A stretch of 64,000 nt of DNA from Lama glama (Eukaryota), in assembly GCA_028534125.1 (NCBI GenBank), contig CM052816.1, positions 54,500,001 through 54,564,000 on the forward strand, read 5' to 3'. Of the stretch, positions 38,465 through 51,842 are shown in pieces. The notes beneath the pieces were generated by a model, which worked only from the letters and a program-made list of their open reading frames with translations, was not told the origin of the DNA and did no database searches. The translations under genes were made by a program, and so were the position numbers. Numbering within the stretch: the stretch's first letter is position 1; every line of letters begins with the position of its first letter.

Positions 38465-40539
38465 TTAAAATTTACTTTTAAAAAACAATTGTCACCTACA
38501 GTGTAGGATTGTAAATGGGGCTCTGCTACACCGAGGACCCTCCAGGCTATCACGTGGCTCTCCAGCGGTGGAGAAGACTGGTCTCTGTACCTCCCTTGGG
38601 AACATCACTTATTGATGGCTCACTCCGTGCCAGATGCTATGGTGAGAGTTTTCCACGTGTTAGCTCCCTCATTTCTTACTATAACCCATCAGGTGTCACT
38701 CCTGTTATGCCAGTTTAGACAAGAAAAAGCGAAAGCAGCAGAGAGGCTAGGAAATGGCCCTAAGCTTTCAGAGTTAGTACGTGGCAGGGCTGAAGCCAGG
38801 CACGTGATGTCTGGCCCGTGTTCTCCACCTTTCGCACCTTGCTCGTGAATGAGCTCTGCTCCCTGCCGCTCTGCCCGCCTACCCTCAGCCCCCTGCCAGA
38901 GCTAGCAGTCCACACAGCCAGGGTCAGGCTCAAGGATGGTGCTCAGGGCAAACAGGACTCAGACCTGGAACACAGAGTCCTGTTCTCTCGGCCCCAGATC
39001 CATCAAGAGTGCCCAAAGTTCAGAATCCTATTTAGTCATTTTCTCTGTAATTCAAATACAGAAGTACTTTTAAGAGAGACACAGCATTCTGGCTATTCCC
39101 CTGTGCTATAAATATGTAATTTATGGGGAAAATGGGAACTCTGTGTCACATTCTAACTGAGTACTATTTGAAGAAAGGGGAAAATCATCCTATCCTATTG
39201 AGTCATGGGGAAAAATAACTATAGTATATCATACTAGTAAATAGGAATGTAAAAACAGCTTCTGTTTGGAAGGGCAGATTGAATGTTAATATGGCCTTGA
39301 GTTTATTTCAAGTATTTTTCATTAAGTATTTTCATTTTTTAGTTTCATCTTTGCAACCTGATAAATTCCTCCCAAATTAAACCAAGGTCAAACGATTTTA
39401 GATGCCAACTTGAAAAATCTTAGGGTCAATGTGCTCAACTCCCTCTGAAAAAAAGAAACCAAAGGCAGCTGTTCTAGGAAAACAGGCTACCGTGACATGT
39501 AGGTTATCAGGCACTAAGCAACAGGACCCCGGAGGGTGGGGCCGATGGCTGTTTTTCCCTCCCCAGAGCACAAAGTACAGTGCATGGTGGGCTCATCATT
39601 TTTCTCTGCCTAACACGCCTTTTTCCAAGAGGAAGCAGTCCTCTTCACTGCCTTCCCCCAGCGCCAACCTCTGGTCAAGCGAGAGCGGACAAACCCGGTT
39701 TCACCTGACCAAGCAGGTGAGGAAGGCAGCCAACGCTGAGTCTCTTTGAGTCCTCTCCCAAGATCTTTTCAACTGAAACTGAAGAAAGCAAACACAAAGA
39801 GGGCCATGAGCCAGGAGCTGCAAGGCCTTGTGGGGCTGAGAGGGGAAATCTGTCTGACAAATCACCCTCAGGCCTCTGACCCTCTGAGTCAGCTGCTCCT
39901 CTAGCCACCAAGCTGGTGCCTTCCAGGGATTTGTTACAGAAGGGGTCACCCATCCTAGACAAGGCACTGTTGGTCTACGAGGGACCCACAGTCTACTTTC
40001 ATTCTGCTCAACGCCAAGCTGCAGTCACAAAATCAAAGAATTCTCAGCTGCCATTTATGGGCGGGTCCCAGTATCTCACATAATGCATCTCATTTAATCC
40101 TGATCACAACCCGCTGGACGAAAGTACGACTATTACCCCATTTTACTGATGAGAAACAAAACCAAACAGAATATGAGGTTCGAGTGTTTTCGACCTTAAG
40201 TACCAAGCCCACATTCGCATCATCACTGGCCTTTTCCCATCACTCTGAGGGCAGCACTAACACTGCTTGGTCTACCTCTGGACTCCTCCCTCACCATCCT
40301 TGTGTAGGCATGAACTACAAAAACAAATCTAAAAGCTTGATTGAAATGTTCCGATTTTTTTTTTTTAAATGGAGCTGGCAAGCAGGAAGCTGTGCCCAGG
40401 ATTGGAAGCCTGCCCGGCAGGCCCAACAAACTGGAAATTTCATCCACATGTAGATAGTGATTCTGCACACCTGCACCGGGGAGGGTGCCTGACGGGACAG
40501 TAGGGGAAGAGCCTCGGATTTCTACAGTACGTGCCTTTT

Positions 40540-40820
40540 AAAAAATGTATGTCTATGGTAGTAAAATAGACATAAAATTTACTATTTTAACCCTTTTACA
40601 ATGGTTGGTTCACTGGCATTGAGTACAGTCACACTGTTGTGCAACCATCACCACCACCCAACTCCATAACTTTTTCATCTTCCCAAACTGAAACTGTGCC
40701 CATTAAACACTGTCTCTCCATTCCGCTTCCCCCCAGCCCCTGGAGCCCACCTTTCTAAAGCGTCTTCATGAATCTGACTACTCTAGGTACCTTATAAAAG
40801 TGCCATGATATACATTTTGA
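40540..40820 (-). mobile_element. L1MB-like 3' end
   Basis: cataaaatttactattttaac...cactgttgtgcaaccatcaccacc...tgactactctaggtacct. Confidence 0.8.
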
Positions 40821-41351
40821 GTTTTCAATCCCTCCATGTATATCCTGAGACTTATTTTTTTTTAATATCTAAATATTTTTATTGTCTTGGGATGTGGAAA
40901 ATGTTTTTAAACAGAAGAGCAAGGCATAAAATATAACAGAAAAGTGTATGTGTGTACTTATACACACAAGACATAAATGTCTCATCTCATTTATACATTG
41001 TATATACGTAAATAACATATACACAAAACATAAACATTTATATTATATATATATCTGTAACTACATAAAAAGCAAAATTTTCCCATTCTCCTCCCCTCTA
41101 AAAAAACCACAAATGAAATTATACGGGAAATGATTACTGAGACCTATTATTTGCCCAACACTGTGCTAAGCTGTATGAGGTAGGGGGATACATAAAATAT
41201 GAGATCTGACTCCCACCACTGGGATCATTAGAGTTGAGCCGTGAAGGCAAGGCAAGCTTCCAGGACACAGGGTGTAAGTACATGATACTAACTTGGAGGA
41301 CAAGCAAAATTGAGGTAAGAGACCCTGACAAATAGGTATAGTCTAAGAAGC

Positions 41352-41440
41352 CTTTTTTTTAACTGAAGTATACTCAGTTTACAATGTTGTGTCAATTTTT
41401 GGTGCACAGCATGATGTTTCAGTCACACATGCACATATAT
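41352..41440 (-). mobile_element. Short artiodactyl-type L1 3' end; similar copies at about 21385-21495 (+) and 48070-48290 (-)
   Basis: T tract followed by aactgaagtatactcagtttacaatgttgtgtcaatt...ggtgcacagc, antisense to the 3' end of the 58.4-59.9 kb L1. TAAGAAG occurs on both sides. Confidence 0.75.
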
Positions 41441-42669
41441 CTTAAGAAGTATACATAAAAGTAGTGACTTGAGGAATGAGAATGACTTGTGGTTAGGGAG
41501 ACGGGAAGACTTTGGATTAATTAAATCACTCACATACCCAGGCAGCCTGGATCATCCGAAGGTGACCCAGGCAGAGCAACAGGCCACAGCGTAATGACTT
41601 GGCTTCTCTAAAGATGGGATGATCAACCCTCCATCTGTGAAGCAGACTTCTGCTTGTAGCCACAAACCACACATACAATGGTTTCCTTTCCCCCTACTGC
41701 AGAATAAGACACAAAAGAACATCAAAGGGTTTTGTTGGCTGGTGTTATTTTTTTTTTTTAATTATCTCAGAAAACAGCCAAACCAGCTCTTTTGTGCAAG
41801 TCTGTCTTTTTCCTTTGGCAAAAGGAGCTAGTAAGAACTTCTGAAACTTGTGTGGAATGTCTGACCACCAGGGTCAGGTCACATCAACCTTGACCACAGT
41901 AGGAAATAGGGACCCCTAGAGAGATGAGCCTCCAGGTCCTCACCCTCACAGTCCCACCAGGCCTTTAAACCGACCTCCCAGCCCTGCCAGCACTTTGAGC
42001 AAGTGTCCAGTGGAGCAGCAGCCGGACAAGGCTGTCTGTGCAGGGTCGCCTCCCCCCTCCCACAGCTCCTCCTGCCGGGTCTGCTTTCCAAGCATAAGCT
42101 TTAGCGAGGGGCCCTGTGGGCAAGTGAGAACAGGAAGGCCTGCCCTGCTGTCGCTCATACCACTTTTTTGCCTTTTCTATCCTGTCTTCCCCCGCCCCCT
42201 TTCTTTCCTTCAAGATGTGGCAGTAAGAAAACAGAAGTCCTCACTTGGAGACATAAACATTCGTAGTGTGTCCCACAGCACAGAGGTTTGGTTCTGACCG
42301 TCCATTCAACTGTATGTACGTTAACAGAAACTGCAAATGTGGGGCTAAGAAAAGCAGTCAGAAAGTGCTCCAATGTCTTTACGAGGCATTTTACAACCCC
42401 AGGAGAAGAAAAATGGGAAGAGCCACAGTGCCCAAAGGATCTTAAAGATTCCATTTGTCCACAGGAAGCAGAACTGTCCATGACATGAGAGATCAGAGAA
42501 TGGTCTTCTCTCTCAGTCCTACAGAAAAAACACTGTGGCATACAGTGGATGACTGTGGTCGATGACATTATGATACTGGCTCTGATAATGAATGCTATGC
42601 AGCTATGTCCTACAAAGCACCTCACAGAAGGCAGAAGGCGTGACCGGAGAGAAAGTTCATTAAAAACAC

Positions 42670-43090
42670 ATATACAAACCAAAAGGGAAAGGGGAGACAT
42701 TACTACCAACCTTACAGAAGTAAAAAAAGAATACTATGTACAACTGTACACCAAGACATGAGATAACTGGAAGAAATGGACAAATTCTAGGAAAAAATAA
42801 ACTACCAAAACTGCCTCAAGAAGGAAAAGACAATCTGAGTAGATCTATAACCAACAAAGAGATTGAATTAGTAATCTAAGAAACCAACCATAAAGAAAAA
42901 CTTAGGCCAAAAATGGTTTTTCTGTTGAATTCCACCAAGCATTTAAAGAAGAATTAGGACAAATTCTTCACAAACTCTTCCCAAAAAATCAAAGAGGAAG
43001 AAATACTTCTCAACTAATTTTATAAGGCTATATTACTTGGATACCAAAACTAGACAAAAACATCCCCAAAAAAGAAAACTACACACCAAA
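42670..43090 (+). mobile_element. L1 ORF2 internal fragment
   Basis: Track ORF 42549 ends KRERGDITTNLTEVKKEYYVQLY, which is ORF2-like, followed by gaaatggacaaattc and gaattccaccaagcatttaaagaagaa. Confidence 0.85.
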
Positions 43091-44349
43091 AACACACATA
43101 AGAATGTACCAAAAGAGTGTGGTCCAAGTACACAGCCCTATAATTTCACGTTTTCGAGGCAATCTCCATAAATAATCCCCTCAAGCTAGGTTTTTGATAA
43201 GGATTCGACAGCAGATTTCAAGGCTATCATCTCTGGCAAGAATCTGGAGAGTAAATATTCTGCAGTAGCAATGAAACACAGGTCCTTCTGCTTTGCCAAC
43301 TTCCAGGGCAGGGGATAGAAATGAGATCCTCTTATTTATTCATTGTTAAATGCAGCATGAAGGTTCGGGGAACTGCTACTACCAAAGTAAGAACTAAGAG
43401 TGTTTTTCTTGCTGAAATTTGAAGAAAGTGTGGAGCAAAGGAGAAGAGTTATTAGATATTTTAGGTGTATTTTATATTTGATTTAAACTTTAAAACTACA
43501 GAAAAAGAGATCTCAGATTACAGGAAAGTGTAAGCATTGAATTAAACACAGAAGAGACAGGATACTTTTCTCTGGACTTAAAAAAGAAAAATCCCCAAAA
43601 CTCATCTTGCAAGCATAATAAACATAATTCCAGGAGTTCCAATTCTACCCTTTTTTAGGTCTTGGTTAAATGCTGCCACTTTCAAGAAGATGCAGCTGTT
43701 GTCAGTTTAGTGTGGCACTTGAGGGTTTCCTCTTACAGCATTTTTCACTTTTTTCCTGGAGTTGCACTTGTCTTACCATCTCACTGGAGTGTAATCTTCT
43801 TGAGGGCAGGAATGGCCCCTTGAATGAAGATTCTTTCTTAGGTTTAGGATAGTGCTTTGCCCACAACCAGCACCAATGAGAACTAATGAAAATACCATGG
43901 ATCTCATTACATGGTCAGTTTAAGGCCAAATGGATTTTTAAGGTACTCAAAGTAAAAAAGCCTCTTGTTAAAAGGACTGTTGGGTACAATAAATTTTAAA
44001 ATTTGTTTACAGATTAAACCATGAATAAGAGATGGCTTTAATCTGATTCATTTATACTTGCTAGATACTTTTCTTTTAATCAGATGTCCACAGCTGTTAA
44101 GTATGGACATCTTTCAGGAGAGAAGAAAAGTAGTAATCTAACAGTTATCTTCACCTTGCAAAGTTATCCCTTTGAAGACATTCAATCAGTTTCTTCTTCT
44201 GAAACCATTCTTGGAATGGTAAGGAGAAACTCCATTAATGGACTTTGAAACTTCAGTTTATGGAAAGAATGAGGTTTACAAAAATTGCTTGAACCAAAGT
44301 ACGTAAGGTATTATTTTAACCAGTTATTTACTCTGCTTCTTTCAAAAGG

Positions 44350-44840
44350 ATTATACAATCTCTGCCCATTGTCGTATGATTGGCAGGGCTTCCTTAGGAG
44401 AGGACTATACTTTCTCGCACCGGTGACAGCTGGCTTTGTCATGTGATTAGCTTTGGTCCATAGGATGTGAGCAGAATTGGGGCATGGGGGCTGTTTTCAG
44501 TTTTAAGAGCAGCATGTGCCAGTGGCGTATAAGAGCTGAAACTTGGCAAGCCATTTGTTAAACAGTTAGTAGCCTGAAATCCATCATGGAAATAGCAAAT
44601 ACTACAAATCAGGGCTCCCCCTCCCTCAAAGTTGGTTCCAGCACACGATGAACATATTCCCAAAAAGCTGATCTTTCAACCTAGAGCCTGGAATCAAGGA
44701 CACTGGTGGAGCAGAGCAGAGCCAAAGCTGCCTGCAGCAGATATAATGTGCTTGAGAAATGAATCTTTGTTTTTGTAAATCACTGAGTTGGAGGGGTTGT
44801 TTGTTACTTCAGCACAATCCACCACAAACTTACTGATACA
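44350..44840. mobile_element. MLT1-like LTR with a nested MER63-like hAT-Blackjack element (about 44519-44648)
   Basis: ccagtggcg...gcaaatactacaaatcagggct...ccagcacac lies inside MLT1-like sequence ending gggttgtttgttact...actgataca. Confidence 0.55.
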
Positions 44841-45119
44841 CCACGCTAATGTTAACTAAGTTTTAGTGAACACCAGTGAGCCCTACTTTTATCTGTCCAA
44901 ACCTTGGTTCAGGTGATTTTTTCCTAAAAACTTGTGCCATCACATACTTTGAATCTGAAAGGATAAAAATTACACTCAGAGACTCAAGCCCAGGAATCCA
45001 GGTCTTGGAAGATTAATATAAAGATACACATTCATAATTCCAGTTTTAAAAATCACTGAACTACTGCATCATGTTTAAACCGTGGCAAACACAAGTCTGT
45101 TGCTTGTGGACCTGAGTGG

Positions 45120-45620
45120 TTTGAGAGTGACTCGCCAGCCCTGTCAACTACAGGTCACGGATTACCTTCCCCTCCTTTCCCTCCAGCCGTAGGAATGGAG
45201 CGCTGTGTCTTTAAGGGGGACTCGCCCGGAGGTTTCCTCACAGGACAAAATGTCTGCGAGGATCTTGGAGGTGATCGGCGATCCCAGGCTCGCAGCTCTC
45301 CTCCTGCTTCTTCGGGGGTGATGGGGTGAGTGTGGGCTGCGAGATGCGAGATACGAGCTATGAGCTACAAGATACAGGCGGTGCGTGCCCACCAGGAGGC
45401 CCGGGATCCCGGGGTCCGGGATCCAGCTGGGCTGGGGACAGGAGGCTGCCTGGGGCTGGGGGCGGCAAGGTGAGCCGGGGACTAGTCCCAGGCCTCGGAG
45501 ATCGCAGAGAAGCCGGCCACCGCAGACCCGCAGACTTGCTGGTGCCCCGGGTGTCGGGCGTGCCCTTGGTCGTGGTCAGGGTGTCTATTATAAAAGATGC
45601 ATTGGGACCCGGGATTCTGC
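45120..45620. promoter_or_regulatory. CpG-island promoter and first-exon region of ZBED3, probably bidirectional with ZBED3-AS1
   Basis: Local GC/CpG-rich island about 7 kb upstream of the CDS. + strand donor candidates: GGG|GTGAGT (GT 45326) and AAG|GTGAGC (GT 45470). - strand donor: AAG|GTAATC (GT at 45165-45164). Confidence 0.75.
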
Positions 45621-46424
45621 ATAAAGGCCCCGTTTGCTTTCTTTCTGCATCTCATTTTTGCTCCTCCTCTACAGTCTCTCTTCAAAAAAGTTATTCAGGA
45701 ATATTGAAAATCATGTGCTCTCTCATTATTAAAGCAGCCTGTTGTAGTCAGTCCTTTAACAAGGCCAGTGGTTGGGTACTCCTTCTCTAATTGTATTCAC
45801 TTTGGGGAGACACCGAATGCAAGCCAGACACTCAGACAAAGACCCCTTCCCCCACCTTCACTCCCACAGTGCTCAAACAAAGGAATTTTCTGATCCCACC
45901 AGAGCATACAGGAGCAGTTTGCTACAACTACTTAAACTAACCAAACAGCCCAAACCTTACCAAGCAAAGTTGAAAGAAAAAAATACCTGCCCCCATCCGA
46001 ACTGCTGAATTAGTCAAGGCTACAAACATACGGTGTTTAAGAGAAACTACTGCAGAAATAGCTTAATACAGTGGCATAATCAGGGTAGTCATGTTCTGTA
46101 CTTTCATGAATGTAATTATTTATATACTGTTTTTAGCCAAAAATAGCTTGAGGCAACCGCCAATAAAAAATATACAACAATGTATGAAAAGACCAAGAGC
46201 CAAAACTAGGTAATTCTTAATTTAAAAATCTTTGTGTTAAAAAGGCCCTCAAAGTAGGGCGGCTTTAAATCCCTCTAATTCAGATTAAATTATGCATTTC
46301 ACAAGATAAAAACAGATCAACACCCTTCTTTTTAGGAACATATATATTAAATAAAATAGCATAGACCTGAAATAAAGGTCCATTTTAGGATAGAACACTT
46401 CACAATTTTCATTAAATAAAAAAT

Positions 46425-46432
<8 letters not shown>

Positions 46433-46453
<21 letters not shown>
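46433..46453. repeat. (AG)n microsatellite
   Basis: About 10 AG units read directly from the sequence. Confidence 0.9.
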
Positions 46454-46458
<5 letters not shown>

Positions 46459-48889
46459 TGTTTCCCAGCCTTTTAGCTAATGGTAGAGGTATCTAAAAAT
46501 TTGGCTTATGACATTTAGAGAACATCTCTGATTTACCAGATAATTGGCTGTGGGTCCAATACATTTTATACAGTTCATTTGTAACATTTTTCCAGATTTT
46601 TTTTTCACACTTAACCTTTTATTCCCTAACCCAGGTATCAATGCTTTACAATTTGGAAGCATTTTTATTTCATCTAAGCCTTCAGCCTGGTGATTCCAGA
46701 CTAATTTTTCTAATTGTCTGGATCTGTTTATAGATTAATATATGGCAATAAATTAATATTTCAACAGAGATGGATAGGTAACATGAATTGTGGTTTCACT
46801 GATACCTCAGTTGTCAGGCTAATTATTTGTTTTAATTATTATATTCTGCTTTGATTAAAAGTTACTGGTGGATAAAAATGTTTTTAGTGTTTTCACACCA
46901 GTCTGTGTGGATTTCACATTAGTGTGAATTTCTCACCTAAGATCCAGTCAAGCTCACCTACACATACTTGTTTATAACTCTGCTGGATTAATCCAACTAA
47001 AGTGAGTAGCCTAGACTGTGGAAGGATAAATAGAGCTTTCACTCACCTGTTATTTCCTTTTGAGAACATTGTCTGGTTCTCTGGCCTTTAGCCTGCCTGC
47101 TATTTTGTATGTCTACAAGCATAGGTATAAAACAATAAAATTAACATTTGTGGGTGGTGTGTAGGATGATTCTCAATGTTAGAGTCATACATTGTGTGTA
47201 ACCATCCATATTTACACAAATTATTCATCCAGGTTCTGATCTCTTCCCTTATTCTCTATATCAGTATTCAGGGAGATCATACTGAGGAATCTGGATTTTA
47301 CTGTGATAAGTTTTTAGAAGAATAAAACTTCTTCAAAGAACTTCAAATGCAGAGGTAATTAATGCGAATGTCTTACCTTCTACCAGCTTAGACTTACCAT
47401 CCCTTCCAGATAGTGGATACCATAATAAAACTCACATAGGACAACTCAGAGGCATCATACCATCAAATACTTCTCTCTCCCCTTCCATGAAATAACCAAA
47501 ATCTACTTTTTTTCATTCTTTTTCCCCTGAAATTGGACTCAAGATTTCCATTTTTAAATTAATTTCATGCTAGCAGTGCTTTTATTTAGCTTCAAGAAAT
47601 TTTACTTAGAATATGAGCTTGGAAGCCTAGTTAGACAACTATAGACCTGGAACATTTATTTGTTAGAGTCAGCACTAACAGTGCTGTGTTTTAGAGAGTC
47701 TGGTACTAAGCAAGGTGGGGAAGAGAAAGGATACTTAAGCAGGTGTGTCTGCATAAACGTTTGTGTTGGAGCCGCCACGCCCACCCCTCCCCACTCCTCA
47801 TGAATAAACCCTGCTCTGACCTTTGCCATGGGTGTCAAAATCTTCAAGCATCTCTCCCACAGATGGCAGGCTTCCAGAGGGCAGGGACTATGTGGTGCTT
47901 CTCTTGGCATCCTGGGCAGCAAGCACGTGCCTGGCCCTGAGCAGGTATACAAGGAGAGTTTGAATGAAAGAGTGGGTGGAGTGAATGGACATGAAATAAT
48001 CACATTCCTTAGCAACTTTATGGTCGTGTAAAAATTGTTTAAGAACAACTAAGGGGGCTCTTATTTTTCATTTTTTTTTCTTTTTTTACTTTTTTTAAAA
48101 ATTAAAGTATAGTCAGTTTACAATGCTGTGTCAATTTCTGGTGTACAGCATAATAGTTCAGTCATACATATACATATATTCATTTTCATATTCTTTTTCA
48201 TTATGAGTTACTGTAAGATATTAATATGGTTCCCTGTGCTATACAGTATAAACTTATTATTTATCTGTTTTATATATAGTAGCTAGTATTGTTAGCTAAC
48301 CATACCAGTCAACAAACGTTAGGTTTGGGGCGGGGTACTTGGTGAGAAAGAAATGCCTCTCACAGGACTCCAGCTCACTAGGCCTCCCTGTCATCTCCTA
48401 CCTGAGTGATGAGTAACCTCATTTGCATGAAGATCAGCTGAGGACGTGAAAATAAATTTGGTCAGGAGTGAGGAGATGGATCTGGTTCTTTCTTATTTGC
48501 TATTTGTATTTAAAAATCCCCAAGAGAATTCTTCCAGCTTAAACTACCTCCTTTATTAATTAACAGCATGTTAAAGAGAAAAACAGCACTGCCTTTTAGC
48601 CACTAAGATCTTCATGTGGACACATTTGAACAGTACATACTGGGAGCTTCCTTTTGTTTTGCCTTAAATTGATACAGCACTGGAAAGGCCAGCAGTGACA
48701 TCATTTGCATTACCTGATTTCAGCCACCTGTTTATTAGGGACAGCTAATCTTATCACTCCCCTTGATAGATGGGGAGGTAGAGACTCTTGGTGAGCTGGG
48801 GCTTATTTCACTAAACGCAGTGTCCCCTCCAGTCTCCAGAGTTGAGGCTGTCTACCCCTGCCTGAGCTCACATGCCTGAGGATTGCTTT

Positions 48890-49057
48890 ATAAAATTTCT
48901 TTTATTTATGTAGAAACCCCATCACATACATACTCTACCTAAATGTATACACATGATCACGTGCCTGCTTTCTTAGGACCATTTTCTTTGCCTTTTGTCT
49001 CTCTTCCCCCTTCACAGCTGCCACACTCTCAACCCATAGTGTATCTTCTTATTTTTC

Positions 49058-49108
<51 letters not shown>

Positions 49109-49800
49109 ACACACAAAATCTTTAATCTATATATCCCACACAGATCTACATATTATTAGTAAGAGTGAGATCAAATTATACACAGTTTCCTGCATCTTGC
49201 TTTTCTCCTTAAACAGTTTCTCCAGAAATGCCTCTAGATCATCTGGCAGAGCTCCAATCCATCCTTTTCAATGGCTGCATAATATTCCCTGGGGTGACCA
49301 CACATTATTTACCCAGCCATTCTACCACTGATAGGCATTCCCTCATTTCCAGTTTTTTTGCCGTTCTAAGTGATACTGTGATAAACATCCTAATACATGT
49401 TACTTTATGTATTGATGCTTTTAGTTCTGCAGAATAGATTCCCAAGAGTGGCATCCCTGATTATATCTATTTTTAATTAATAGAAATAGCCAGATTGCTT
49501 TTCCTAAAAGCCTTCACATCTCCATGAGGAATGCATGAACATACTCTTTTCTCTGCCCCCTTCCAGCTTTGCCTGACAGACCTCTTCATTTTTGTTAGTC
49601 TTGATGGATCTAAAATGAGACCTTGTTGTTACTTTAACAGCATTTCCCCGAATATAAGTGATGTTGTGCATCTTTTCACCACTTCCCTGGACATCTGGTT
49701 TTGCTCTTGGGTCATTCGCCTACTCATTATTTCTTGCCCATTTTTCTGTTAGGTTGTTGGTCTTTTTCTTTTCAGTTTGTAAGAGCTCTCTGTGAATCGG
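48890..49800 (-). mobile_element. Old L1ME-like fragment in ZBED3 intron 1
   Basis: ttttcaatggctgcataatattcc...tagattcccaagagtgg...ttgtaagagctct are antisense L1 phrases. Confidence 0.7.
49061..49099. repeat. (AT)19 microsatellite followed by a short (AC)n
   Basis: Perfect AT dinucleotide run read directly from the sequence. Confidence 0.97.
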
Positions 49801-50020
49801 GGTTGTGGCTGAAGATTCGAAGACTTCTTTCTCTTCCAAGCTCAGGTGGATGACAAGGAGCTTCTCTCCCTCTGCACCATAGGGATGGTTGAAATGGGTT
49901 TGCTTAGCAGAGCTTCTAGGAAGGCTCTGCTGGGAATGACTTGTGGCCAGTTACTGCAGGTCACTCTTTAGAGATGGAGTCTGAAAAGAAGGCTCTATTG
50001 AGTCAGACTGTGGCTGTTGT

Positions 50021-50157
50021 CGGAGGACTGAGAAGGTGAGGCAGTTCTGAACCATGCTGCCTTCCACCGGTTAAGACCTCCGAGAGCGAAGGCCTGCCAA
50101 GACAGAGGATGCCCCTCTGCTGGCCTCAGAGGGGCAGCACTCTGCTGGCCGACACTT
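50021..50157 (+). ncRNA. SNORA47: H/ACA box snoRNA SNORA47, intronic in ZBED3
   Basis: Hairpin-hinge-hairpin-ACA structure is visible. Hairpin 1: CGGAGG 50021-26/CCTCCG 50077-82, GGTG/CACC, AGGCAG/CTGCCT. H-like box AGAGCGA at 50083. Hairpin 2: GGCC/GGCC, CAGAG/CTCTG and the 10-bp TGCCCCTCTG 50110-19/CAGAGGGGCA 50127-36. ACA at 50152-54 plus 3 nt. Pocket strands TGAGAA (50029-34) and GGTTAAGA (50069-76) fit the recalled 28S rRNA sequence UCUCAACC-UA-UUCUCA with one mismatch. SNORA47 is known to be hosted by ZBED3. Confidence 0.92.
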
Positions 50158-51842
50158 GTGGTGTTGCTTGTCCCTGGCTCAGATCAGGCTCTCCCCTGAC
50201 TCTAAAGGATTAAGACATCAAAATCAGTGCTTCTTATCCTTCTTGCCACCTTATGTCTTATAACAGATGGCACTCCTGGATGTGGCACTCCTCTGGTCAT
50301 CCCAGATTTTGAAGAAACCCAGAGACCTCTTCCAGGGAGGTAAAGCATGACAGTAATGGGTCACCTCTGGCACTTTTAGGGGCACATCAGTAATAATTAC
50401 TCTTAGACTTTTTGGCACGCGTAGCAGAGTCTGCAGGTTAGGTACAATTTTCAACACCCAGCTCAAGAGAGTGTATCAGAATGTAAAGCAATGGTCTTAC
50501 TATTATATAAAAAGTTTAAATCTCTTTTCATTTATAAAGTAAATATAGAGACTCATAATACTATTCTCTCCACTTTTGTGTATGTCTAGTAATTTTTTAA
50601 AAAGGCACTCTAGAAAGATAAGATTCTTATTGTAGAAGCAATAGAATTCTAAAAAAAGAAAAAAAGTAGAAAAAAATTCAGGTAAAGTTGGGTAACAAAA
50701 AACATCTTTTAGACTAAAATCTGGTTCTGTTAATGAGCCGTAATGTTTGCTAACCATAAAAAAGTTCACCTTGAAGGTGGTCGGTAACCCCCCTACTCAT
50801 CCCACCACTTTGGCTTTGGGGACTTTAGGGATTTAATAAATCTCTTGGGGGAAACACAGCCTTTCATTTCTAAAGATCTTTTATACTAATTATCATGAGT
50901 GACCATTTTCAAATCAATGCCTATGATATCAGAAGATATGTAAATAGCTATTTCTTTAGTTAGAAGAAGACTGGTACTTATCTTGTTTGATGATTCTGGT
51001 AAATTCGTTCTTTATTTTAAAATTTGAGAGCTCTGTTAAATGTCCTGCCTGATCTCAAGTGGACTTCCTTGGTGGGAAGAATAATGAGGTTTAGAAGATT
51101 GTGATGCATCTGTAACAAGACTATTAGCAACTGAATTACTAAACACTAAATACTATTGCAGAAACTTATTTTTCCTGTTCTCATCTTTGTCTTCAGTCAT
51201 TCCTAGTTGCCTTTAATAAGAGAGATTCTGAAACTTCATTATCTCCCCTGCTGCTGGTTCAAAACCTGACAGCAGGAGACTGGCTATCTCACTGTGCGTT
51301 TTCCCCACCTTGGCTTGAATCTTCCCCCTGAAATAAGTTCTCAGAAGAGCTCCAATTCTGTCTCTTACTATTATTTTTAAACTTTCAAAGCACATTTGTC
51401 TAGAATCACACTTTGACCTTTTGTGAAGTTATTTTTTAAAGAAGAAACTTCACTTTTTCTATTCCCCCTCGTTTGACAGGTTATCACAGTGGGAAACGTT
51501 TTCTTACTAGAAAGGACTTGGCAGTGATAGTCACTGGGTTGTGCTTAGATCCCTTTAACTACAGATATTTGTTGGACAAAGCAGGCAGCTATTACTTCTA
51601 TTTTTCTTCCTTCATTAAAAGAACTGACCAAGTTTTTTTATCTTGCTAATACATAGAGAGGGCCATTTAGTTGGAATGAGCCATATAGGAAACTAACTTT
51701 ATGACTGGGGCACCTATAAGAAGGTCAGAATAGTGAACACCGGAGGGACATAGCACTAGCCAGTATTTCTAGTATCTACCTTTAAAGCTATTTAGTTGAA
51801 TTCCTTTTACTCTGCTGCCTGCCCTCTGAATTTTTCTCCTAG

